Part shown: positions 9,091 to 16,076 of the stretch, piece by piece | Numbering within the stretch: the stretch's first letter is position 1 | Layout of the letters: every line of letters begins with the position of its first letter | DNA from: Nitrospira japonica | Lineage (GTDB): Bacteria > Nitrospirota > Thermodesulfovibrionia > Thermodesulfovibrionales > SM23-35 | Direction: 5' to 3' | Assembly: GCA_020725385.1 (NCBI GenBank) | Contig: DYFC01000039.1 | Location: forward strand, 1-16,076 | Length of the DNA stretch: 16,076 bases | Notes under the pieces: generated by a model | The model's input: the letters and a program-made list of their open reading frames with translations, nothing else | The model's database searches: none | What the model was told of the DNA's origin: nothing | Position numbers and translations under genes: made by a program

Positions 9091-9202
9091 GTTGTTGTTA
9101 TTCCCCAAATTTAAGGGAAAGGGGGCTTTTATTTTTTACCCTTTCCAGACCACTTACCTTTCACTTATATTTAATATTTTACACACTTTATTATACATAA
9201 CC
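9091..9202 (-). mobile_element. Remnant IS256-family-like end (probably a left end, IRL) without a transposase
   Basis: 9178-9202 matches 13-37 at 18/25 ungapped positions, keeping both TTTACACAC and ACATnACC. On the - strand it reads GGTTATGTATAATAAAGTGTGTAAAA. The inner boundary (9091) is a guess. Confidence 0.55.
9116..9146. terminator. Stem-loop between the convergent blocks; possible terminator or part of an IS leader
   Basis: GGAAAGGG (9116-9123) and CCCTTTCC (9139-9146) form an 8-bp stem with a 15-nt loop. There is no clean U-tract next to it. Confidence 0.3.
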
Positions 9203-9215
9203 AGCGTTTTATCGT

Positions 9216-11192
9216 TTAGAAAATACAGGAAGTTTTAATCCCGAAAATTCGCCCGGGGGACATGTCGGTAGAGCTTTCCTGATATCTTTTATCGAATATA
9301 TTGTTTACATATAAAGAAATTTCAAAATAGTCTTTCGGCAAGAATTTGATATCCGCGGAATAAACAGAATAAGAAGGTATTTTTTGGGTATTTAAGTCGT
9401 CCGAAAATTGGGAGGATTTATAAACGGAGGAAAAGCCGAAAACCATTTTCCCGAAATTTAAATTCAAATAAGTGCTTATTATTTCGTTGGGAGAATAAGA
9501 AATCTCTTTCCCTTCTATCGCCGCATTATTTTTATACTCGAGAATTTCGGATTTTGAATAAGAGTAGTTCAAAATAAAAGACAGGAACCCGTCGGAATAT
9601 TTAAACGGAATTTCATATCCGTATATTTTGGTCTTCGCTATATTTTCCTTTCTATAAATCGGTTTTATTCCGTTTATATTTATCGTTCTTTGAGTGTTAA
9701 CCTCGTATATAAAATCCTTGCCCAGATCGTAATAAACGGCGGGATCCAAATAAAAACCGTTCAAAAAAGAAAATTCCAGACCGGTTTCAAAAGATCCGAT
9801 CTTTTCCGGTTTTAAATATGGGTTTGCTTCGGTAAATTTATTTCCTCTCAACAGGCTTAAACACATATCTTCTATTACCGGAGCTCTAAACGAAGTGCCG
9901 TATGAAAAATAATGTTTTAAACCTTCGGAATATTTCTTTGAAATATAAACTTTATAGGATAAAAAATCCCAATCGCTTTCTTTAAGCGGACCGTTAACTC
10001 CGGGGACTACTATAGAATCGTTTGAATAATATCCGTCATAAAAACCGGCCTTATCGTATCTTAATCCCGCTATTAAAGAAAAATCTTTTATTTCAAATTT
10101 GGAATTATAATAAGCAGAATAGGAATAAACATCTCCTCTGTTATAGGAATTAGAAACCGAAGGAGAGGACTGGAAATCGTTCGAATTAACGAGAGACTTA
10201 GCGATCTCCGCTCCGAATACGTTTTGAATTCCGAATTTTTTAAAAAGGACCGAAGATCTCAATCCTGAATCCTCCCTTACCGAATCGGTCTCTATTTTCG
10301 TATATTTATTGCTTTTAAAATATTCGTTCAATCTGCCGTATTTCTGATTATTATAATAAATCAATGTTTCAAATCGGGTATCATTCTTATCGTAATTCCA
10401 TTTTAAGGACATATTATTGTCGTTAAAAGTTCTATTTGTTCCGTTTGCCGTATTTATTTTAATTCCTTCCCCTCTTATACCGTCGTAATAAGAGTATCTT
10501 AAATCGAAATTACCGAAAGAGGTTTTCAAAACATTTCTGAATAAAAGATTTTTTTCATCCGCAAATTTTTTAACAGTATAATCGGTAATATCCTCCGGGG
10601 GAGTTGAAACATAGCCGTCGCTTTTAAGATAGCCGATGGAAAATAAAAAAGAATTTTTTTCGCCTTTGCGAGATGCGGTAATGTTAGAGCCGAAAGTATC
10701 GTATGTTTGGTATAAAGCCGAAATTTTGGTTTTATCCTCCGGTTTTTTCGTTACTATGTTTATAACCCCGGTAACCGAGTTCGAGCCGTATACAAAAGAT
10801 GAAGCTCCTTTAAAAATTTCTATTCTTTCCACATCCAGCATCGAAACCATATTCCAGTTAACCGAACCGGTCGCTTTATTGTTTAAAGGAACACCGTCCA
10901 ATAAAACGAGCGTTCTGGCCTGCTCGTAAGAGGAGTATCCCCTCATACTTAAAACCGATTTAAACGAATAAATTCCGTTGGTCCTTGAAACGTTTATTCC
11001 GCTTATTATTCTGGAAATCTTTTCTTCGAGAGTGGAGCCCGAAACATCTTTCAAATCTTCTTTTGTAATCACAATAGTATCCTCATATAAATTGGAAGAA
11101 GAAAGGTTTAAATTCTTTTCAATTGAAAATTTAACCTCGGAAGTATAAGAATCGACAGAGAAAATAAGACAAAATATCAAACAAAAAATCAT
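9216..11192 (-). CDS. TonB-dependent outer-membrane receptor (BtuB/CirA-like), 658 aa
   Basis: Hydrophobic N-terminus. Plug motifs LVLLDGVPLN and DVERIEIFKGASSFVYGSNSVTGVINIVTK. Barrel motifs AGLRYD, SFRAP, NPYLKPE, NNIFDKRY and PGR, with a C-terminal Phe. Confidence 0.93.
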   Translation of the reverse strand: MIFCLIFCLIFSVDSYTSEVKFSIEKNLNLSSSNLYEDTIVITKEDLKDVSGSTLEEKISRIISGINVSRTNGIYSFKSVLSMRGYSSYEQARTLVLLDGVPLNNKATGSVNWNMVSMLDVERIEIFKGASSFVYGSNSVTGVINIVTKKPEDKTKISALYQTYDTFGSNITASRKGEKNSFLFSIGYLKSDGYVSTPPEDITDYTVKKFADEKNLLFRNVLKTSFGNFDLRYSYYDGIRGEGIKINTANGTNRTFNDNNMSLKWNYDKNDTRFETLIYYNNQKYGRLNEYFKSNKYTKIETDSVREDSGLRSSVLFKKFGIQNVFGAEIAKSLVNSNDFQSSPSVSNSYNRGDVYSYSAYYNSKFEIKDFSLIAGLRYDKAGFYDGYYSNDSIVVPGVNGPLKESDWDFLSYKVYISKKYSEGLKHYFSYGTSFRAPVIEDMCLSLLRGNKFTEANPYLKPEKIGSFETGLEFSFLNGFYLDPAVYYDLGKDFIYEVNTQRTININGIKPIYRKENIAKTKIYGYEIPFKYSDGFLSFILNYSYSKSEILEYKNNAAIEGKEISYSPNEIISTYLNLNFGKMVFGFSSVYKSSQFSDDLNTQKIPSYSVYSADIKFLPKDYFEISLYVNNIFDKRYQESSTDMSPGRIFGIKTSCIF

Positions 11193-11217
11193 AACATATT
11201 TATTATACTTTTTTTGA

Positions 11218-12951
11218 CTAAAACAATAACTTAAGCGACTGAGAAAATATAAAAGTAAAAATAAGAGAAATTAAAAGATTAAAAACAATAACGTAAAAGG
11301 TAATTTTTTTCCCCAGTTCTTTTAAAAGAACGAATATTGAAGCCAAACACGGCATATAAGTAACGAGAAAAAAACAGGAAACCATTATTTCTTTAAGAGA
11401 AAGATTAAAAGGAGCAAGCAAAGTTATAGCTACGTCTTTTTTTAAAAAACCTAACATTACTATCGACGAAGTTTGGGCGGGAAGAGAAAAAATTTTATTT
11501 AAAACGGGAGCAAAATATTTAGATAAAAGATCCAGTATGGAGAAAATATCTAAAATATTTATGAGCAATATCCCACCCATTACAAAAGGAACGGCGTCCA
11601 AAAGAAATTGAGTTATCCTTAATCTCATTTTAAAAACCAAATTTTTAAAAACCGGTTTGTGATAAGGGGGTATCTCTATGAAAAGATCGTCCGACGTTCC
11701 TTTCAACATCTTGTTTAAAACATAAGAAGCCAATATGCCTACAAAAAATATATAAACAAAAACTATACCGGTGTATATCAAGGGATATTTTGAAAGTATG
11801 GCGAATATCATCGCGCTTTGAGGCATACATGGAGAAATCAAAAAAAGAAGAGAGGCCGCTATTATTTTTTCTCTGTTAGACTCTAAAATTCGCAAAGAAA
11901 ATATCCCCGGAACCTTGCATCCCAATCCCATTATCAAAGGTATGCTGCCGTAGCCGTGAAGACCTATTTTATGAGACAATCTGTCCAATATCACGGCTAA
12001 CCGAGGAAGATATCCTATGTCTTCCAGAACGCTTAATATCAAATAAAAGGCGAAAACATAAGGCAAAACTACCACGAAAGAAACATAAATTCCGGTAGTA
12101 AGAACGGAAAAACCTTCAAGCGGAGTCATATTTTTCGAGAAAATAATATTTTTTAAAAATCCTTCGTTAAAAAAAGACGAAAACCTATCGACAAGCGGCA
12201 TATAATAATTATTAAACAAAGGATCAAAAACGTAATTTATTATTCCCTCTCCTATAAATCTTATGACATAAAAACTTATAATTATCAAGACAAAAGCTAA
12301 AGGAATCGCCGTTACCGGAGTTGTAGTTATCTCCTCCAATCTTTCCAAAAAAGACGGATGTTTATGATAAATCTTTTGAACTTTTAAAGTTATTTCTCCT
12401 ATCATTTTCCATTTCTCCGTTATATCGGAAGGAATTTCTATTTTTGGAACCGGAAGTTTAAAGTTATTAAAAACCGCCGAAACCTCCCTTTCCAAAACGC
12501 TAAATCCTATACCGGCGGTGGCCACAACCGGAAATATTTTTATATCCAGAATATCGGATAAATTATCGTAATCTATGTCTATACCTTTATTTTTAGCTAT
12601 ATCTGTTTTTGTGGCTATTATAACGATAGGTTTTCGCAAGGCCAACAACTCCAAAGTTAAAAGCAAATTCCTTTCTAAATTATTTGAGTCTATTACATTA
12701 AATATTATGTCGTAATCCTTCGATTTTATTATCTCCGAAGCCACTTTTTCGGCGACGCTTTCCCCTTCCAGGCTATAACATCCGGGAACATCCACAACCT
12801 CGCATTCATTATTGCAAAGCCTGGTTTTTCCTTTCAGTATATCCACCGTCGTTCCCGGATAGTTTGAGGATATGGCGGTATAACCAGTAAGATAAGAAAA
12901 AACGACGCTTTTCCCTACGTTTGGATTTCCAACCAATACTATTTTCATCAT
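11218..12951 (-). CDS. feoB: Ferrous iron transport protein B (short form, 577 aa)
   Basis: G1 GNPNVGKS, G2 NYPGTT, G3 DVPG, NLERNL, G4 TKTD. Membrane motifs LEDIGYLPRLA, GLGCKVP, FIEIPPY and YMPCLA. ATGA overlap with the feoA stop. Confidence 0.95.
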   Translation of the reverse strand: MMKIVLVGNPNVGKSVVFSYLTGYTAISSNYPGTTVDILKGKTRLCNNECEVVDVPGCYSLEGESVAEKVASEIIKSKDYDIIFNVIDSNNLERNLLLTLELLALRKPIVIIATKTDIAKNKGIDIDYDNLSDILDIKIFPVVATAGIGFSVLEREVSAVFNNFKLPVPKIEIPSDITEKWKMIGEITLKVQKIYHKHPSFLERLEEITTTPVTAIPLAFVLIIISFYVIRFIGEGIINYVFDPLFNNYYMPLVDRFSSFFNEGFLKNIIFSKNMTPLEGFSVLTTGIYVSFVVVLPYVFAFYLILSVLEDIGYLPRLAVILDRLSHKIGLHGYGSIPLIMGLGCKVPGIFSLRILESNREKIIAASLLFLISPCMPQSAMIFAILSKYPLIYTGIVFVYIFFVGILASYVLNKMLKGTSDDLFIEIPPYHKPVFKNLVFKMRLRITQFLLDAVPFVMGGILLINILDIFSILDLLSKYFAPVLNKIFSLPAQTSSIVMLGFLKKDVAITLLAPFNLSLKEIMVSCFFLVTYMPCLASIFVLLKELGKKITFYVIVFNLLISLIFTFIFSQSLKLLF

Positions 12952-13172
12952 ACTTCCTCTACTATTATTTTTTCGGCCATTCCCCTGCCTATCGCAAGCT
13001 GCGAATTCATAACTTTGACTATTACCGGACCGTGATTATAAGACGCAATTTTTTCTATTAAAGACCCGTCGAATATTCCCATAGAATTAAGTTTTTTTAA
13101 TATATTATGCCCTCCGTTTATCTGGACAACTTTTAATTTTTTATTATTTGCTTTTGCAAGATTTGTTTTCAT
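12948..13172 (-). CDS. feoA: FeoA family SH3-like protein, 74 aa
   Basis: KKLNSMGIFDG, GPVIVKV and LAIGRGMAEKIIVE. Lies directly upstream of feoB, with SD GAGG. Confidence 0.93.
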   Translation of the reverse strand: MKTNLAKANNKKLKVVQINGGHNILKKLNSMGIFDGSLIEKIASYNHGPVIVKVMNSQLAIGRGMAEKIIVEEV

Positions 13173-13590
13173 TTTTCCTCTTTTTGATAAAATCCTTAAT
13201 CTTTTTTATCTCAGAAGGGTTGGAATTAAAATAATCTATTATATACGAAATATCTTTCGAATTTTTATGGATTATATGCTCGATGTAACAAGCGTACCTG
13301 TTAGAATCGAAGTCGCTTATATCGAACATTTTTAACAATCTCACAAGCATATTGTGAATCGTTAAAATACTTTCCGCCAAAATCTTACCCTTAGACGTAA
13401 GTCTTATGTATCCGTATTTTTGATGAGTTAAAAAACCTCTTTTATCGAGCTCCTTAACCGCTTTATTTACGGCAGGAAGTTTAACATTCAGGAAATCGGC
13501 TATTTCTTTTATCCGCGAAAATCCGTTCTTTTTTTCAAATATATACGCCGCTTCTATATAATCTTCAAGACTGCTGGATAATCTATTCAT
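13144..13590 (-). CDS. DtxR/MntR-family metal-dependent transcriptional regulator lacking the C-terminal SH3/FeoA domain, 148 aa
   Basis: LEDYIEAAY, wHTH RIKEIADFLNVKLPAVNKAVKEL, YGYIRLTSKG and ACYIEH. Confidence 0.92.
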   Translation of the reverse strand: MNRLSSSLEDYIEAAYIFEKKNGFSRIKEIADFLNVKLPAVNKAVKELDKRGFLTHQKYGYIRLTSKGKILAESILTIHNMLVRLLKMFDISDFDSNRYACYIEHIIHKNSKDISYIIDYFNSNPSEIKKIKDFIKKRKNENKSCKSK

Positions 13591-13622
13591 AAACTTAACT
13601 TAGGTTAACTTTATTAACCTAA
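13591..13622. promoter_or_regulatory. DtxR-family operator-like array upstream of the regulator-feoAB-receptor operon
   Basis: TTAGGTTAA (13600-13608), a 5-bp spacer, then TTAACCTAA (13614-13622). An imperfect palindrome AAACTTAACTTAGGTTAACTTT (13591-13612) overlaps it. Half-sites resemble the DtxR box TTAGGTTAGCCTAACCTAA. Confidence 0.75.
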
Positions 13623-13626
13623 TATA

Positions 13627-13655
13627 ATTTTATTATATTTTTTAATCCCGGTCAA
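13627..13655 (-). promoter_or_regulatory. Sigma70 promoter for the regulator-feoA-feoB-TonB receptor operon
   Basis: On the - strand: TTGACC (13655-13650), 17 bp, TAAAAT (13632-13627). The predicted start site falls on the operator. Confidence 0.7.
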
Positions 13656-13676
13656 ATCGAAAACATCTTAAATATT

Positions 13677-15842
13677 TTATATTTTAACTTTTAAGAGTCT
13701 TATGGAATTCAAAACCACCGAAACGCTGCTTAATCCCATAGCCAGCGCAGCCATATAAGGCTTTATGAAGAAACCGTTTATATGATAAAGAACCCCGGCG
13801 GAAAGCGGTATAAGGACTATATTATAAGAAAAAGCCCAGAAAAGATTTTGATTTATTATCTTTTTTACGTTATCGCTAAGCCTTATGACTTTAAAAACCG
13901 CCGATATGTCGTCGGTTAAAAGAACCATATCGCTTACCGTAGAAGTAACCTCTTTGGAGGTTTTCATAGATATGCCTATATCCGCTTCGTTTATAGCGGC
14001 CGAGTCGTTTATTCCGTCTCCTATCATCATAACCTTCTTTCCGTCCATTTTATATTTCAAAACGACGCTTTGTTTTTCATCGGGCTTTAGTTCAAAGTAA
14101 TATTCTTCTATGCCAAGCAAATTCGCCGTTTCTTTAACCACTTCTCTTCTGTCTCCGCTAATTATAACCGGCTTTATATTAAGTTCGACAAATTTTTTTA
14201 TTACTTCTTTCGCGTTTTTTCTCAAAGAGTCGGCAAAAACGGCATAACCCAGATACTTATCGTTTAAAGCGAGAAGCACGCAAGGATATTTATTGTTATT
14301 TATTTCGTCCTTATGGACCGAAAAATCTATCGAGTTTTTATTAAAAAAATAAGGGCTTCCCGCTTTTATTTTTCCCGCCTCGCTATCGCATTCCACTCCT
14401 TCGCCGGCATAACTTTTAAAGCCGAATATTTTATATGTTTTTATATCCTTAGATTCGCAATATCTCTTTATCGAATCGGCAAAAAGATGTTCGGAGTTAT
14501 GCTCGGCGGTCAGCAGAATTTTAAGAAATTCCATTTCTTCAACCTTAAATGGTTTTATTTTCGAAAGATTCATATTTCCTTCGGTCAAGGTGCCGGTTTT
14601 ATCCAACAAAACCGCATCCACTTTGGAAAAATTTTCAAGGACAGACGGATTATTTATAACAAAACCCAATTTAATAGCTCTTGAAAGGCCTACCATAACG
14701 GCTATAGGAACGCTAAGCCCCATGGCGCAGGGGCAGGAAACCGCAAGCACCGCGGCAAAAACATTTACTCCCATATCCTTATCCACAGGATACCATAAAG
14801 CGCCGGAGAGAAAAGCTATAAAAACAACCGTCGGAACGAAATATCTGGCTATTTTATCCACTTTTTTTTGAATATTAAGCTTTACGCTTTGCGCGTCTGA
14901 AATGGCGTTTATTAATTTGGCTATCATGGTATCTTCGCCCACATTGACGCTTTTAATTTTAACCGCTCCGGAATTGTTTATTGAACCGGAATATATGAAA
15001 TCCCCCTTTTTTTTAAATACGGGAATGCTTTCGCCGGTTATTTGACGCAAATCGAAATAAGATGACCCCTCCTCTATTATCCCGTCTACCGCAGCTTCCA
15101 TGCCTGGCTTTAACGATATGATATCTCCTTTTTTTATTTCAACGACTTTTATCTCTCTTTCTTTTCCGTTTTCCACTTTAATTGCTGTTTTGGGGAAAAA
15201 AGAAGCGATTTTTTTTATGTTTCTTGAAACGTCGTATTTTGTTTTAGATTCGAAATATTTCCCTAAATTTATAAACGCTATCAGCATAGATATCTCGTGC
15301 CAGTGGAAAAAACGATTATGTGAAGCGTAAAAAGCGGAGTAAGAAATGTATGCCAGCATAACCGTAGAAGACAAACTTACGAGAGTATTCATATCCGCGG
15401 TAAAATTCTTGAGAGAATAGTAAAAACCTTTATGGAAATGCCATCCGCAATAAATCCATACGAAAAAAGATAAAATGAAAGCCGTATAATCGGAAACCGA
15501 AGGAACCGCAATCAAAAACAAAGCCGCAATTCCAGAAAGGACAAATTTTATGTAATACTTTTTTTCTTCCTCCGCGAAAGATTCCCCGAGCTCGCTTATA
15601 CTCCCCCCCGTTTCGTAGACACTTCCCGGAGTATATCCTACCGATCTTATGGCGGCTTTTATTTGATCCAAACCGATATAATCCGAATCGTATTTTACGA
15701 CAACCATTTTCGTAACCACATGTACGTTTACGGAAAAAACACCGTTCATTTTTTTAAGATAATTTTCTATATTAAAAGCGCAGTTTGAACAAGATATGTC
15801 TTTTACTTCCAAAACGACTCTTTTAATTTTTTTTTCATTCAT
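13677..15842 (-). CDS. copA: Copper-translocating P1B-1 type ATPase, about 721 aa
   Basis: N-terminal HMA domain with SCSNC, then ITGES, CPC, DKTGTLT, GDGIND, and the YN and MxxSS motifs of the Cu+ subtype. ATG at 15842 follows SD GGGAG, so it is preferred over TTG at 15854. Confidence 0.92.
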   Translation of the reverse strand: MNEKKIKRVVLEVKDISCSNCAFNIENYLKKMNGVFSVNVHVVTKMVVVKYDSDYIGLDQIKAAIRSVGYTPGSVYETGGSISELGESFAEEEKKYYIKFVLSGIAALFLIAVPSVSDYTAFILSFFVWIYCGWHFHKGFYYSLKNFTADMNTLVSLSSTVMLAYISYSAFYASHNRFFHWHEISMLIAFINLGKYFESKTKYDVSRNIKKIASFFPKTAIKVENGKEREIKVVEIKKGDIISLKPGMEAAVDGIIEEGSSYFDLRQITGESIPVFKKKGDFIYSGSINNSGAVKIKSVNVGEDTMIAKLINAISDAQSVKLNIQKKVDKIARYFVPTVVFIAFLSGALWYPVDKDMGVNVFAAVLAVSCPCAMGLSVPIAVMVGLSRAIKLGFVINNPSVLENFSKVDAVLLDKTGTLTEGNMNLSKIKPFKVEEMEFLKILLTAEHNSEHLFADSIKRYCESKDIKTYKIFGFKSYAGEGVECDSEAGKIKAGSPYFFNKNSIDFSVHKDEINNNKYPCVLLALNDKYLGYAVFADSLRKNAKEVIKKFVELNIKPVIISGDRREVVKETANLLGIEEYYFELKPDEKQSVVLKYKMDGKKVMMIGDGINDSAAINEADIGISMKTSKEVTSTVSDMVLLTDDISAVFKVIRLSDNVKKIINQNLFWAFSYNIVLIPLSAGVLYHINGFFIKPYMAALAMGLSSVSVVLNSIRLLKVKI

Positions 15843-15856
15843 ATACACTCCCAAAG

Positions 15857-15877
15857 ATATACTACTATATAGTATAT
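15857..15877. promoter_or_regulatory. Palindromic operator-like site upstream of copA (CsoR-like geometry)
   Basis: ATATACTA-CTATA-TAGTATAT lies between the promoter and the SD. It resembles the ATAC...GTAT frame of CsoR operators but lacks their C/G tracts. Confidence 0.55.
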
Positions 15878-15894
15878 TTTTAATTTACCATTAT

Positions 15895-15923
15895 ATTATA
15901 GCAGAAATAAACCCTATTGACAA
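15895..15923 (-). promoter_or_regulatory. Sigma70 promoter for copA
   Basis: On the - strand: TTGTCA (15923-15918), 17 bp, TATAAT (15900-15895), with an extended -10 TG. Confidence 0.7.
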
Positions 15924-15937
15924 CTATACGAATCAAA

Positions 15938-16076
15938 GGTCATGTCAATAGATGTGTGTAAATTTGATTAAAAGAACCTGAGTATTTTTTAATCTTTTTC
16001 CTTTTTTCTTCCTGCTTTTCGTTATATTCCTTAAATACCTTATACATTATCCTTATCAAACTATCTTTGTTCGTAA
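15938..16076 (-). mobile_element. Right end of an IS256-family-like insertion sequence; the element continues off the right edge
   Basis: Terminus GGTCATGTCAATAGATGTGTGTAAA, identical in inverted orientation to 1-37. The transposase-like ORF ends inside the terminal repeat. Confidence 0.82.
15940..16076 (-). CDS. C-terminal fragment of an IS256-family-like transposase (partial; absent from the ORF track)
   Basis: The - strand frame from 16074 reads TNKDSLIRIMYKVFKEYNEKQEEKRKKIKKYSGSFNQIYTHLLT*. This resembles the F-x-N-x-x-S-x-x-R-x-x-Y...YNEK C-terminal helix of IS256 transposases. TGA at 15942-15940. Confidence 0.75.
   Translation of the reverse strand, partial: TNKDSLIRIMYKVFKEYNEKQEEKRKKIKKYSGSFNQIYTHLLT

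Noticed and set aside
9080-9092. Palindrome ACTGTATTACAGT as a LexA box
   Set aside because: Spacing is CTGT-N3-ACAG rather than N8, and it lies between convergent gene ends.
13144-13185. Programmed frameshift fusing the regulator to FeoA to rebuild a three-domain DtxR
   Set aside because: feoA has its own SD and ATG, fusion would need a +1 shift, and no canonical slippery site is in frame.
10636-15330. Short ORFs inside the receptor, feoB and copA (10636, 11645, 13885, 14313, 14590, 15100)
   Set aside because: Antisense or out-of-frame shadows of well-supported genes.
1-16076. CRISPR array, tRNA, rRNA or riboswitch
   Set aside because: No regularly spaced repeats or recognisable structured RNA seen; the intergenic spaces are short and otherwise explained.

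Overview
AT-rich bacterial DNA, probably from a diderm since it encodes a TonB-dependent receptor, made of two convergent blocks. Block 1 (+ strand, 350-8955) is a compact three-gene, defence-type operon. It encodes a PLD-nuclease/SF2 (SNF2-like) helicase fusion, a translationally coupled Eco57I/Type IIG-like N6-adenine methyltransferase with a C-terminal TRD but no recognisable nuclease motif, and an ABC-type ATPase fused to a TOPRIM-like domain (OLD/PARIS-like). Block 2 (- strand, 9216-15842) is a metal-homeostasis cluster: copA-type P1B ATPase, DtxR/MntR-family regulator, feoA, a short feoB and a TonB-dependent receptor, with readable promoters and operator-like palindromes. Both window ends carry the same 37-bp IS256-family-like end in inverted orientation (1-37 and 15938-15974), and the transposase C-terminus is visible at 15940-16076. 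A third, diverged IS end sits at the junction of the two blocks (ending at 9202). All family assignments come from motifs read by eye; no searches were run.
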